Origin: a virus
Taxonomy: Duplodnaviria; Caudoviricetes
DNA: 64,000 nt
IMG/VR virus record: IMGVR_UViG_3300037067_016086
Location: 1-64,000 of that record
Direction: 5' to 3' (one strand)
Part shown: piece after piece, positions 39,036-50,196 of the stretch
How the letters are laid out: every line of letters starts with the position of its first letter
Numbering within the stretch: position 1 is the first letter of the stretch
The notes under the pieces: generated by a model
Database searches by the model: none
Seen by the model: only the letters and a program-made list of their open reading frames with translations
What the model was told of the DNA's origin: nothing
Made by a program: the position numbers and the translations under genes

Positions 39036-41619
39036 CGTCCTTGAAACCTTCCTCGTCATGGTCCTCCCGCTGCCCGAACTCCATTAGATCGAAGTCCCAC
39101 CACACGTTCACGCTCTCCGTGGCGGACACGCCGCGGCGCAGCTTGAGCGGCTTGATCTTCAGCCAGTGGTCGGCCCGCATGTCCTTGTCCTGCTCCAGGG
39201 CGAACACGGCGTGCGAGTCCTGCCCGATCTCGTCGGCGAGGGCGATCGTGCCGAGCCGAACGCCGCCGCCCTTCTTCTCCGACACCTCGGCCGCGCGGTT
39301 GAGCTGCACGAAACCGCAGCCCGCGAGGTCGAAGCGCTTCACGGCGCTCTTGAACCAGTCCAGGGCGACCAGCAGCTTGTCCCGGCGCTCCCCCTTGATG
39401 CGGAGGTCGTACAGCGAGTCGATCGCCACCAGGCCCGGGCGGCACGCGCGGATCGCGGCCTCGATGCCCTTGGGCGTGATGTCGTCCTCGGCGTCCATGA
39501 TCCACAGCCCCTCCGCCGCCTGGCAGATAGAGCTGGCCTCCTGGAGCCGCGGCATCTCGTACTCGCCCACGGTGCCCTTGATCATGTGCAGGTAGCTGAC
39601 GGTGGAGTGGATGGAGAAGAAGCGCTCTGCGATCTCGATCTTGCTCATCTCGGGAGACACGATCAGCGTGCGCACGCCCTCCTGCCACGCGTGCCTTGCC
39701 GCAATCACAGCGACGAACGTGTTGTGCACCACGATGTCGTTCGCCACGAAGCTGTGCGTCCCATTGACCGTCAGGTCGTACACATCTTGCTCGCCGTCAT
39801 CGGCCCAGTCCACAACCTCGTCCCAGTGGTTCTCCAGCAGGTGCCGGAACTCCACACAATCGAATGCATCCAGGAAGGCGGCAAACGTGCGACGACCGAC
39901 GGTGTCCCTCCGGTACAAGTGACTCACTGAGAAGGCCGTCCGCATCCCCAACGCAGCCTCCATCGCACGGAAGCGGCGCGCCCGATCTGCTGGCGCGCAT
40001 GCGGAGACGATCTCCCGCAGGCGCGCGGCGATGGAGGACGACATGGGCACGTTATCCACGTTCGGGTTCGACATCTTCGTCTCGTCCAGCGCCCGCTGCT
40101 TACGATGCACGATCGGATCAATACTGCTTCGGAACGCTTCCAGAGTTGACGAGTACACGCGCAGACGCCACGAGTCGAATACCTTCCCCTTGAGCTTGAC
40201 CGGATTGTAGGCGACGTTGGACAGCACCCCGAAGCGCAGCAGAAGCTGCTGGATCTGCCGAACCATCTTCTCGGAAGCAAGCGTTATGCCCGTGTCGTGG
40301 CGGTCCACATACCCATCGCATCCCCAGAAGACGCCCAAGAACAGCGCCAGCTTCTCGTTGGACAACGAGAACACGCGATCGGGGATCATCTTCTCCTTGG
40401 CCAGCCTGTGCCCGCACCCGTATTTGTCGAGCAACACGCGCGCCGGGTTTGGTCCAAGATCACGTCCCCTGCCAAGCGAACGCTTCCATCGCACTGTCCA
40501 CTCGCAACGACGCATTCCTTTCGTCTTTCGGAGTTCGATCCCGTACTTATCACAAGCGCCAGATACCAACGAAACCATCTCCGGATCTTGGTTCGAGAAG
40601 GAAACACTATCGGACGTGTATCCTCCTTCGGCAAGCAGCCCGGCCAGCAGGATGACCTCTTCGTCAGGGGGAGTCTCTGGGAAAATTGGCTCCGGAACAC
40701 GCCGCACCGTTTCCACATGATGACCAATGGCAATCTCGTCCAGGCGACGCCACCCATCTACCGTCATCACCGGATGCTCTGGAGTTCCCGAGATGGTCCG
40801 ACCGCTAGCCAGCCGGATCTGGATGCACCGCTTGCGTCCGGTGTACAAGAAGGCATCCGGCAAGACGGAGACGATGCGTCCATCGTTGCCACGCGACAGG
40901 ACCATACGGCCATCGCGGACCACCTCCCGGATTGGGCGATAGATCCCATCGGTCGGGTCGAGGATGGGCGTGTCTGCGCGCACGCACTTGCCCACGCCCG
41001 GCCGCGCCACAAACATCGTCATGGTCTTGGGCCACATACCGGACGTCATCGCGTTGATCGTGGGCCAGGGCAGCGGCACGCCCGTGTATCCGTGCGCCAC
41101 CCGGTCGTACATCTCCAGCACCTGGGGACCCATGGCCAACAAGCTCGCGGGCATGCGCGTCCGCGAGAGCGCCATCACCGCTTCTTCCAAAGGCGCAAAC
41201 GCCGCGGTCAGCCGCTCGTCGTCGTGATCTCCGTACCCCTCCGCGACCAGGGCCTGCGAGCAGTAGATGACGCGGCGCACCGCGCACTTTTTCTTCACGA
41301 TGTTCGCGTAGTGCTCCACGTTGGCCGTGGTAGCGCACGCCTCGGTCAGACCATCTAGCGCGACCGGACCACCGATCTTTTCCATGTCGCCGCGGGTGAT
41401 CAGCTCGTTGCCCAGCGTCACGTGGTCGATCGCGACGCCGCGCGAGTCCAGAACCTGCATGGCCGAGAAGATCCGACGGTGCGATTCGATATAGAAGTCG
41501 CTGGGCTCGATGATCGATGCGACGATGGGGAACGCCTTACCGCTCAGCAGGATCGCGCCGAGGACCGCCTCCTCTGCGCTTTTGTCATAAGGGGGCACGC
41601 GTCCCTCGGACTGATACAT
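39022..41619 (-). CDS. dnaB: Replicative DnaB-like helicase with intein
   Basis: VPPYDKSAEEAVLGAIL N-terminus; ARPGVGK|T Walker A split by intein; AIDSLY, QLNR, KLRRG. Confidence 0.93.
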   Translation of the reverse strand: MYQSEGRVPPYDKSAEEAVLGAILLSGKAFPIVASIIEPSDFYIESHRRIFSAMQVLDSRGVAIDHVTLGNELITRGDMEKIGGPVALDGLTEACATTANVEHYANIVKKKCAVRRVIYCSQALVAEGYGDHDDERLTAAFAPLEEAVMALSRTRMPASLLAMGPQVLEMYDRVAHGYTGVPLPWPTINAMTSGMWPKTMTMFVARPGVGKCVRADTPILDPTDGIYRPIREVVRDGRMVLSRGNDGRIVSVLPDAFLYTGRKRCIQIRLASGRTISGTPEHPVMTVDGWRRLDEIAIGHHVETVRRVPEPIFPETPPDEEVILLAGLLAEGGYTSDSVSFSNQDPEMVSLVSGACDKYGIELRKTKGMRRCEWTVRWKRSLGRGRDLGPNPARVLLDKYGCGHRLAKEKMIPDRVFSLSNEKLALFLGVFWGCDGYVDRHDTGITLASEKMVRQIQQLLLRFGVLSNVAYNPVKLKGKVFDSWRLRVYSSTLEAFRSSIDPIVHRKQRALDETKMSNPNVDNVPMSSSIAARLREIVSACAPADRARRFRAMEAALGMRTAFSVSHLYRRDTVGRRTFAAFLDAFDCVEFRHLLENHWDEVVDWADDGEQDVYDLTVNGTHSFVANDIVVHNTFVAVIAARHAWQEGVRTLIVSPEMSKIEIAERFFSIHSTVSYLHMIKGTVGEYEMPRLQEASSICQAAEGLWIMDAEDDITPKGIEAAIRACRPGLVAIDSLYDLRIKGERRDKLLVALDWFKSAVKRFDLAGCGFVQLNRAAEVSEKKGGGVRLGTIALADEIGQDSHAVFALEQDKDMRADHWLKIKPLKLRRGVSATESVNVWWDFDLMEFGQREDHDEEGFKDDVPF
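39721..40986 (-). mobile_element. Intein with LAGLIDADG-type endonuclease in DnaB (422 aa)
   Basis: CVRADTP...TPEHPVMT...GLLAEGG...VFWGCDG...FVANDIVVHN followed by Thr. Confidence 0.92.
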
Positions 41620-41634
41620 CCAGACCCCTCCTAC

Positions 41635-42282
41635 CTACTGAGCGGAAAACGCCGCCGCCATCTCACTCGCGACCGCATCCCTGCGATCGATCCCGCAAAC
41701 GTGCACCGGCATCGCATGTTCCTTGAGCGAAGCCATCGACGACAGCTTCAGTTCCTCACCGAGCTGCTCCATGTTCATGTTGGTCGTCAAGATCGTCACC
41801 AGCATATTCGCATTCCGGTGCCGGATCAACTCGTCCAGCAACCGAGCGCCCAGGCCGGTCGAGTCCTGGGTCCCCTTGCCCACGTCATCCAGCAGCAGCA
41901 CGTCCACGTTGAGAGCCCGATCCCAGAACGTCTGCTCCTCGTCGAACATCTCGCGCTCGATGACCAGGCGCTTCAGGTCGGCCGCCTCCACGAACAGCAC
42001 AGGGTGCCCGCGGCGCCGGTACTCCTTGCCGATGCAGATCGCCATGCAGCTCTTTCCCGTGCCGTTGGTCCCGTACAGGATGAGGCCCTGGCCGGTGCGT
42101 CGCTTCTCGACGATCTGGTCCATGTAGTTCTTCGTCGCCGTCCGCGCGCTGATGCCGCCGACCTTCCCCGGCTGATCCGAGATCTGATCTGGCTGAGCAG
42201 TCCAGTACCGCTTCGGAATCCGCATCCGAATCAGGTCCTCCTCGGTCAGCTTGCGCCGGTATGCTGTCGTCCCTTCCATCAT
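41635..42282 (-). CDS. DnaC/IstB-like AAA+ helicase loader
   Basis: LYGTNGTGKS Walker A, LLLDDVG Walker B, TTNM; start at 42282 preferred over 42582. Confidence 0.88.
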   Translation of the reverse strand: MMEGTTAYRRKLTEEDLIRMRIPKRYWTAQPDQISDQPGKVGGISARTATKNYMDQIVEKRRTGQGLILYGTNGTGKSCMAICIGKEYRRRGHPVLFVEAADLKRLVIEREMFDEEQTFWDRALNVDVLLLDDVGKGTQDSTGLGARLLDELIRHRNANMLVTILTTNMNMEQLGEELKLSSMASLKEHAMPVHVCGIDRRDAVASEMAAAFSAQ

Positions 42283-42875
42283 CCCCACCCGACGTCCATC
42301 GGCTTCTTGGGCGGCCGATACTCGTCCGAGTTCTTGTCCTTCCGCTTCCGACCTTCCTTCGGTTTGACGGGCACCGAGGCCACTCCCTGCACCTCCGCGA
42401 ACACCCGTTCCCGAATCTTCCACAGAAGGCCCACGCCCGGAATCCCTCCCAGGCGTCCCTCCGCCGCCTCCACCCGTTGGTCCCAGGTTGAGCAGAAGTG
42501 AGCCACCGCCTTCTCGACCAGGGCTGGGTCGAACTGCTTCAGCAGCTTCTTCGCCAGGGCCATTTCGTGGACTGTCCACCACTCGTCCTCCGGCGGCATC
42601 GCGAACTTATCCCCATACAATCTTCGCAGTCCCTCTCGGAACCACCGCCTTACATCCTTGCATGTTATCGGACGTTTCTTGGGTTGTCCATCGTTTGTCA
42701 ACGCCAAGGAAAACGACGGGACCTCGGGCTTGGGAACGGCCGCCTCCTGAACCTTGCGAATCAGGCGGCGCTCCGTGACCTCTTGCTTGGCCCCCTTCGT
42801 ACGCGCCTTGGCTCGCTCCACGCGCGCTCGCAAGGCCAGCAGTCCTTCTCTACCCGATGCCATCACGCCCCTCAA
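42279..42875 (-). CDS. Hypothetical protein, possible replication initiator/loader partner
   Basis: Directly upstream of and overlapping the DnaC-like gene; assignment is positional. Confidence 0.4.
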   Translation of the reverse strand: MRGVMASGREGLLALRARVERAKARTKGAKQEVTERRLIRKVQEAAVPKPEVPSFSLALTNDGQPKKRPITCKDVRRWFREGLRRLYGDKFAMPPEDEWWTVHEMALAKKLLKQFDPALVEKAVAHFCSTWDQRVEAAEGRLGGIPGVGLLWKIRERVFAEVQGVASVPVKPKEGRKRKDKNSDEYRPPKKPMDVGWG

Positions 42876-43573
42876 TCACCGTAATCTGCGCCAGCGAATA
42901 CCGCCGCGTCCGTTGTCCCACACGCACCGTCACGCGACCCCACTCCGTCTTGTACTCGGGGCCGCACTCCATGCGGCACTGCTCCGTGAACTCCTTGGCC
43001 TCCGCATCGATCATCTCCAAGATGCGATCACGCCAGGAGGTGAACTCCTCAACGTACCCCACCCCATCAGGTGTCTGAACCTTGTCGCCGACGTACAATG
43101 CGCTCATGCAGCTGCACCACTTCCCCGCCAGCCCCGGTCACCTGGCGCCAGAGATCGTCGGCGTACACCTTCGCCCGAGCGCCTCCCAGCACCCAGTTGA
43201 GCAGCATCGTGAAGTACTCCGGATCATCTCCGATTTCGTTCTCGAATCCCCAGTGATCCGTCACGTAGTCGACTTCCCAATGTCCGGTGCTTCCCGGGTT
43301 CACCGCATGCGACCGGAAGAGCCGATCGCACCCATTCCCGATCGACACCAGAACGGTTCCGCCAAGCAATGCTGCTATCTGGTCCGGTAGGAACGTCGAC
43401 TGCATCACGTACCGGGTCGAGTTCCCGGGCTCCCAAACGATGAGACCCACCAGGCCGGAAATGTATGTGGTTGTCTTACCGCAGGGGGGTTTGGACAGCA
43501 TCGGCACCTCGCACCCGGATCGCTCGGGAGATCGTTCAACCGACGGAGATCATCGCTCTACTGCGGTCGGGAG

Positions 43574-43909
43574 TCAAGGAACAGCGACAGCGGGAGGTGA
43601 AACCCGCTCGCGCGCATCCGCCGCGGCCCTGGCGTTCTCCTCCTCGGTCACGTAGTCGAAGTCGATCTTGATCCGGTTCTTGCCCGCCAGGGCCGCCAGG
43701 AACGATCGCAGCGAGCACGAGAGGTGCCCGCTGCGGCCCACCACCTGGCCCACGTCGCTGGGATCCGTGAACAGCTCCACCGCCAGCCGGTACGTGCCGG
43801 GCCGGGTGCGCACCTCCACCTTGTCGGGGTGATCCACGAAGTGGCGCACGATGCCCACGATCTCCTTCGCCGCCGCGATCACCTCCGGCGTCACCTTGGA
43901 ATTTCCCAT
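43574..43909 (-). CDS. KhpA-like KH-domain RNA-binding protein
   Basis: IVRHFVDHPDKVEV...ELFTDPSDVGQVVGRSG..SCSLRS, matching the KhpA pattern. Confidence 0.8.
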   Translation of the reverse strand: MGNSKVTPEVIAAAKEIVGIVRHFVDHPDKVEVRTRPGTYRLAVELFTDPSDVGQVVGRSGHLSCSLRSFLAALAGKNRIKIDFDYVTEEENARAAADARERVSPPAVAVP

Positions 43910-44547
43910 GGGCAGTTTCCTTTCCCCGCTACGTCCGCTGCATCGCTTCCCGCGTACACTGCACCAGCTCGTCGAGCGCCGCATCCCCATGCAGGTCCAC
44001 AAGATCGACGATCACATCCGTGTCCACCTGAACGTGCTTCGGCAACTCTGTCACACCGAGGCGCCGCAGAAACTCGGCACGCATCTCGCTCCGCCGCTTC
44101 TCGTACACGTTCTGCTGGTCCATGCGATCCTCCTTAAAACCCCAGATCGTTGCTCCGTGCCTGCTCCGCCGCCTGCCGGGCCTGCGCCCGCCGCTGCGCC
44201 TGCTCGCGCGTGAGGCCCAACCCCCGCAGCGCGTTGGTCTTCATCGCCCGCTCCCGAGCCTCGTGGAGCGCCTCCAGCTGATCGTGGTAGCGGCGGCACA
44301 CGTCGTGCAACCAGCGCTCGTCCGCCGTCGGTACTGACCCGTGGGACTGGAACTGGACGCGGATCCGATCCACCCGCGCCCGCTCGGCGGGACGGACCTT
44401 CACGCTCCGAAGATCGCGCAGCATTTCATCAGCGGTCAACGTGCACCTCGATCGGCAACCGGTCCTCCCCCTTATAGCGGGAGGCCTCGTCGGTTGTCAA
44501 ACGGCTTGCGCGGGGAAGGGGCGAACACGTGTTCGCGAGGAGGAAGA

Positions 44548-45681
44548 CTAGGCGGCGGCCTGCGCCTCGACGTTGTCGAGCAGCGTGCCCGCGAGCTGCT
44601 GCAACTCCAGGGCGCGGTCCGCCGTCACGCTGGCGTCCTGCGCGAAGAGGCTGAGGGCGTTGGCGGCGCGCCAGATGTTGTTGCCCGGGGGCAGCATGAC
44701 GACGTCCGGGGTGTTGTAGGTGTCGACCAGCGACTTCTCCTCGCCCTTGGTCAGCTTGCCGAGCTTGCGGAGGGCCTCGAAGGCCTTCTTGACGTCGATC
44801 TCGGTCTCGCTGGCGCGGCGCACCCGCCCCAGCTCGTCCTCGATGCGCGCCGGGTCGAACACGTTCTTGATGACGTCGGTCATCGCGCTGATCGTGGCCG
44901 CCGTGTCCAGCCGGTAGGTCTCCTCCGAAAACTCGAAGTCATCCGTGAGGCGCTTGCCGAGGTGCACCTGGCGGTAGAGGTCGTCGCGCATCATGCCGTT
45001 GAGGCAGACCAGGCGCAGCACCCCGAACCGCATCTCGACCTTGCCGTCGCCGTAGTCGCTGTTCTTGAGGGTGGCGGTGACGATGCAGAGGCCGCGGGGG
45101 TCGGTCGGGACCGGGTCGTAGACCGTGGGCAGCGCGACCGTGACCGCGTACTTCGTGTCGTAGGCGTGCCCCGAGGTCGGCACCGCGCCGAAGCCCTGGA
45201 CCGTCTGCCGGATGAAGTTCTCGAAGATCGGGCCGGAGTCGAGGCGGCGGTACTTGTCGGTCAGGATGCCGCGGACCTCGCCGTGGACCGCGCGGACCAG
45301 CATGCGCTCGCGGTCCATGTGCTGGTAGATCGTGTTCAGGTTGAGGGCCATCAGGTCGGCCGCCCACTGCTCCTCCTGCTCCATCAGCTTGCGGTGGGTG
45401 GTCGCGCCGACGATGTTGGTCCGCTCGACGCCCTGCCCGAGCGCGTGCGGGTGCAGCGCCATCGTCTTCATGTCGCCGTTCTTGCCGATGTCGATCACGA
45501 TCTTGTGGGGGTCGACCGCGCGGAAGTGGAAGCTATCGATCGGGACGATGTAGTCCTGCGGCCGCTCGGCCTCGATCCGCGTCAGCGTCTCCACCGCCTG
45601 CGCGCGCCCGTTGTTCAGGATCGCCTCGTACTTGGCCCGAATGGCCGCCACCTTGTCCTGCGCCGCAACGAAATCTGTCAT
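44548..45681 (-). CDS. DUF932-like phage protein
   Basis: RGILTDKYRRLDS, LKNSDYGDG, LRLVCLNGM; strong promoter TTGACA-16-TATTAT at 45752-45779; extreme GC3. Confidence 0.65.
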   Translation of the reverse strand: MTDFVAAQDKVAAIRAKYEAILNNGRAQAVETLTRIEAERPQDYIVPIDSFHFRAVDPHKIVIDIGKNGDMKTMALHPHALGQGVERTNIVGATTHRKLMEQEEQWAADLMALNLNTIYQHMDRERMLVRAVHGEVRGILTDKYRRLDSGPIFENFIRQTVQGFGAVPTSGHAYDTKYAVTVALPTVYDPVPTDPRGLCIVTATLKNSDYGDGKVEMRFGVLRLVCLNGMMRDDLYRQVHLGKRLTDDFEFSEETYRLDTAATISAMTDVIKNVFDPARIEDELGRVRRASETEIDVKKAFEALRKLGKLTKGEEKSLVDTYNTPDVVMLPPGNNIWRAANALSLFAQDASVTADRALELQQLAGTLLDNVEAQAAA

Positions 45682-45830
45682 GGGGAACCTCCTGGTTGGG
45701 GCCAGCAAACCGCTCGGGGTAATTCCCGATCCAGCGCCAGCCTGCAATCCCATAATAAGCCCTGGCGTGCGTTTGTCAACCAGGGAAGTGACGGGGGCCG
45801 GTCGATTTTTGTGGGGCCGAGATTCGGGAC

Positions 45831-48270
45831 TCAGGCGATCGAGCTGAGGTCCGGGACCGCGGCGATGAGGAAGGCGCGGACGGCTTCCGGAGTGTCCAGG
45901 GAGATCGGGTACTCGCGCTCCCCGACGGTGAGGTAGAGGACGGGGCGATCGTTCATGGCCAGAACCCCGTGGCTTCCGACAAGGCCCACGAGCGGCTCCA
46001 CCTCGCGATCGATGCGGTACTCCGCACCCTCTGCTATCCATTGAAGGGACGCCATGTCCTGGAACCACTCGACGATCTCCTCCGGATCGTCGCGTTCCTC
46101 TGAGTGGTACCCGCCGACCATGAGGCCAACCAGGTGGCGCATCACGCCAAAGGCGCAGGCATCGAAGGCGCGCACGGTCGTCCAGGACACGAACGCGTCG
46201 TTGAGGGGAACCTCCCCGGCGCTCTCCCAGACCGGACCCCATTGTGCCTTCGACGCAGGTACGTCATCCACTACGCTACCGTTCGCGTCCAGGGTCCTGA
46301 TCCTCCCCGCATCCTGCCGGGTCCGGGACTGCCACTCCAGTCGGATCGCCTCCTCCGTCCGGACCGCCCGCACCCACATTCCGTTTGGGCTTCGAACGTA
46401 GTGCTCCAAGGGCAGCGCGCTCTTTCTCGCGGACATCGTCGTACTCCTTCTGCGACAGCAAGTGCGATCGGAGCACCTGCCGCCGCTTCCCCTCCAGGTC
46501 CACGAACGCCCAGAAGTCGCCGGGCTTGCATTGGTGCGCCTCGCTCCGCTCGACCCGATCCAGGTCGTCGCGCATGGCCTGCGTGTAGGCGGGCTTGCGG
46601 CACTTCGTGAAGCGGGGGAAGACGACGAACTGCCCCTTCCCAACGTGGAACGTCATCGGCTGCGACGTCCAGAGATCGAGGGCAGTCCGATCCGTCTCAG
46701 TTAGGTTTCCCTGGTTCCGTGGGGCCATCGATCTTGCCCGTCTGGACGAACCGCGCGCGCATCGCCGCCAGGTCGTCCTGTGCCTGCTTGTCCCCCGCAG
46801 CCTCCGCAGCCTTGACCTCTTCCGAGATCACGACGTCGCGCTCCGTCGCGCGGCGCTGCATGCCCTGCTGCATCAGCTCGCCCAGGTTCGCAGCCTCCTC
46901 GGGCTCCAGAGGGCCGTCGCACAGGGGCTTCTCCCACGCTTCCCCGGCGTCCATCTCTTCCTCGATCCCAGCGTTTCCGTACGGCAGGCGGGCCTGGTCC
47001 TCGGCCTCCGACTGCTGCTGCGCCATGTGGGCACCGGCATCGGCGATGCGCTGGCTCAGGTCCTCGCGCCGGGACACGGCCGCGGGGCTCCACGCGGCGC
47101 CCTCCTCCTCCTCCGGGATCTGCCCGAACATCCGGATCGTGCCACCCTCGGGGAAGGCCACGTCGGTAGACTCGTAGCTCGCCTTGGCGTCCTCCTCGTC
47201 GGCGAAGACCTCGATGATCGGAGGCTCCCCGTGCGGCTGCGGCGTCTCCATGACGTAGAACTGGAGGTCGGACCTCCGGATGTGCCCGGGAACGATCTCG
47301 TCGTCTGGCGACGTCGGCGCTGCGGACGGCGCGAGTCCCACCGGCATTTTGTACCCCGGAGGCATGCACCAGAGCATCGTCTGGGAGAGGTTAAGCTCCC
47401 TGTCGATCGACGGGTACAGCTCCACGGCGTCCGCCTGCGGGTGCACCAGCTCGTTCTTGATGCGCTGGAGGTCCCGCCAGGGCGGCTGCTTCTTGTCGTG
47501 CCTGGAGATGATCAGGTGGACGATCGGAACCCCCTGCGGGCTCCCGTCGGGGCCCTGCATGAAGAACCCGTTGCTCACCGTCCTGGACACGCCGACCACG
47601 TAGAGGTTGTTGCGGAACGCCGCGAGGATGCCCCGCTTCTTGTCCTCGTCCGCGATCTCGATGGGCATGAGCGGCTGCCAGGGGCCCTTGCGCATGGCCG
47701 CCGCACGGTTTCGATCGACGACCGGGTGGTGTTTGTTGTTGTGATCCTTCGCCATCGCGTCACCCGATCCGAGCGCTCACGCGCATGTCGAACTTCACCG
47801 GGCGGCCGTTGCGCAGCACCGCCAGCACGTCGATGGAGCGGTAGTTCTTCTCCATCCACGTCCCCAGCGCCTCCTTGTCGGCGAACCCGAACACGGACGC
47901 CAGAACCAACGGCGTGGTCGGCACTCCCGCCTCTCTGTAGATCACGGACCACGGCTGCGTCATCGCGTCGCGGATCTCCGACTGCGGGCCCGACAGATCG
48001 AGCACGCTTCCGAGCAGGTCCGCCGGGATCTGCAACACCAGCTTCGAACGGTCATCGACCACAACTTCCACGCTCCGGCTCATCTCATGCCTCCTTCTGG
48101 CGCTCGGCTTCGAGCGCGTCCATCCTGTCCATCAACGCAGCGTTCAGCCGCGCCATCTCTACCGCATCCATCTGCCAGCGCCGCTCCTCGGCGATAGCCC
48201 AGAACCTACCGATCAGCCACCCCACCAGGAGCGTCCCCATCAGGACCAGCGTCCATCCCCACCACGGCAT
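45831..48270 (-). CDS. Hypothetical ORFs (45831-46436, 46697-47755, 47760-48083, 48085-48270)
   Basis: Contiguous ORFs. 46697-47755 has HLIISRHD..PPWRDLQRIKNEL...AVELYP, a motif I associate with phage proteins. Confidence 0.55.
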
Positions 48271-48784
48271 TTCTCGCCTCCAACATCCGCCGCCACGCCA
48301 CGATGCGGGTGCGGATCAGCTTGGCCGCCGCGTCCAGCGGCGACAGGGCCAGGCCAACCTCGGCCTCCATTTCCTCGCCTACGCGCATCGCCGGGTACCG
48401 GCACACGCCCGCGGGCTCGAACCTGGTAGCGCTCCAGGCCGCGATGAGATCCTCGTCCGCCCAGATCTCGCTCCCGAGCAGCGTGTTGACCTCTCGGAAC
48501 AGCAACTCGATCATGGCCCGCGCGTTGTCGGTCTTGGTGACCTCCATCTGCGCGATCTTCTCCGTCGTCAGGATCTCGTCAGGACCCTGCTGGGCCGACA
48601 GCGTGATGTCGATGTGGACCAGCTTCCACACCGGAACGTCCTGCCGCAGCGCGTCCTTCTCGATCACCCTCAGGAACGCCACCTTGAGGTACACGTCCTG
48701 GCCACCGATGACCAGCTTGCAGGTGAACCCACGCAGGCCGTCCGTCGAGAACGCCGCCGCATCGATCTCGCGTCGTCGATCCAT
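48206..48784 (-). CDS. Stand-alone TSCPD-like domain (C-terminal domain of class II ribonucleotide reductase)
   Basis: KLVIGGQDVYLKV...WSATRFEPAG...ALSPLDAAAKLI. Confidence 0.55.
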   Translation of the reverse strand: MDRRREIDAAAFSTDGLRGFTCKLVIGGQDVYLKVAFLRVIEKDALRQDVPVWKLVHIDITLSAQQGPDEILTTEKIAQMEVTKTDNARAMIELLFREVNTLLGSEIWADEDLIAAWSATRFEPAGVCRYPAMRVGEEMEAEVGLALSPLDAAAKLIRTRIVAWRRMLEARNAVVGMDAGPDGDAPGGVADR

Positions 48785-48863
48785 GGTCCTCCAGAAAAAA
48801 GCGGGGCCCCAAGGGAGACTGGATGTGGGGGGCATCTGGTGCCTCCCCGGGGCCCCATAAAAC

Positions 48864-49751
48864 CTACCAGACCGTCTGCTCGCGGATGTCGCCGCCCATC
48901 TCCTGTACGATCCGCGCGATCTTCATCTCGTAGCTCAGGCTGCGCACGTTGCCCGGCCAGAACGCCCAGGGCTCCAGGCTCCGGTACATGAAACGCCTGT
49001 AGACCATGCCCGTGATCACAGCCTTCGCACCGTCCCGGTCGCTCAGGATCTCGTCCAGCGTCGGGACGCGGCAGTAGAACCCGATGCCACACTTCTTGTT
49101 CCCCATGGGATCGATGATGCGCGCGTAGCGCTCCCAGACCTGCTGACCCAGCCCCAGGTCGGCGCCGATGTGAGCACGCGCCTTCTTCCACTTGGGGTCC
49201 TCCATCACGGCCTTCACGTCGTCCGCCGTCCACCGGTTGAAGATCCGATCCGCCGGGACCAGACCCAGCCCGCGCGCTGCCTTGCGGCTGTTCGGTCCTA
49301 TGGCGCAGGAATCGCCACGGCTCTCAGACCAGATGGTCCCCATCACCGCCCAGGCCGGAATCCAGTTGATGTTGTACTCCCGCATCCCAGCCAACACGTG
49401 CCGAGCTAGGAGGTCGGCCCGAGCGGGCTGCTCGTCCTCGGGCGTCGAGACGCCGCACTTCCACCACTGCTTGCTCTCCTTGCGGGTCTTCCGCAGGAAC
49501 CCCTCAGCCATCCGGACAACCAGCTTCTCGCCCGCGGCGCTGAACGTGGGCAGATCCTCCTGAACCGTAACCGTCGCAGATCCCATCCTCTCGGCCAACT
49601 CGACGTCCGCCGCCAGCTCCGCCGCCATCGCCTTGTCCTCGGCCGCTTCGACCTCCCACGCCGCGGCATCCGAAGGCCCCGCCTTCACCGCGACCGCACC
49701 CAGGAACATCACCAGGATGGCACCAGCCATCAAAAGCATCGCTACTCGCAT
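48864..49751 (-). CDS. Lytic transglycosylase-like (SLT) protein with N-terminal signal/anchor
   Basis: Hydrophobic N-terminus; AVMGTIWSESRGDSCAIG (catalytic Glu-Ser); DLGLGQ. Confidence 0.55.
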   Translation of the reverse strand: MRVAMLLMAGAILVMFLGAVAVKAGPSDAAAWEVEAAEDKAMAAELAADVELAERMGSATVTVQEDLPTFSAAGEKLVVRMAEGFLRKTRKESKQWWKCGVSTPEDEQPARADLLARHVLAGMREYNINWIPAWAVMGTIWSESRGDSCAIGPNSRKAARGLGLVPADRIFNRWTADDVKAVMEDPKWKKARAHIGADLGLGQQVWERYARIIDPMGNKKCGIGFYCRVPTLDEILSDRDGAKAVITGMVYRRFMYRSLEPWAFWPGNVRSLSYEMKIARIVQEMGGDIREQTVW

Positions 49752-49806
49752 GATTCACCTCCGCCCGCCACTATACCACAACCTGGGAACACGCCAGAAG
49801 GGGTCA

Positions 49807-50193
49807 TCAGGATCGCCCGTCCCGAGCCGGTGCCGGGACCCTCACGCCCTTGGCCCGCAGGGCCCCCTCGCTGTCGTCCTCCGCGGTGGTTGCCGTCCCT
49901 ACCACCTCGATCGTGGCGCTGCCACAGCGAGGGCACACACCGCCCTCACGTTGCTCCCTGGTCTGCACCTCGGCATCCGGCGCCCCGGCCGTCCACCCGC
50001 ACTTCTCCTCGTGGAGCTGCGTGTGGTGGCAGGTCCCTCGGAACCGATACCCCGGGCACGAGCAGGTGAGCGTGCCATGGAGCAGGGAAACCTCAATCGT
50101 ATAGGACACATCCTCCGACTTGGAAGATGGCATCTCGAACTTGGCCAGGCGGCGCACGGCAGGGCACGCCTGGATCATCCGCAGCTGGCCCAT
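49807..50193 (-). CDS. SWIM zinc-finger protein
   Basis: YTIEV...LTCSCPGYRFRGTCHH; second CPRC motif. Confidence 0.75.
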   Translation of the reverse strand: MGQLRMIQACPAVRRLAKFEMPSSKSEDVSYTIEVSLLHGTLTCSCPGYRFRGTCHHTQLHEEKCGWTAGAPDAEVQTREQREGGVCPRCGSATIEVVGTATTAEDDSEGALRAKGVRVPAPARDGRS

Positions 50194-50196
50194 GGC

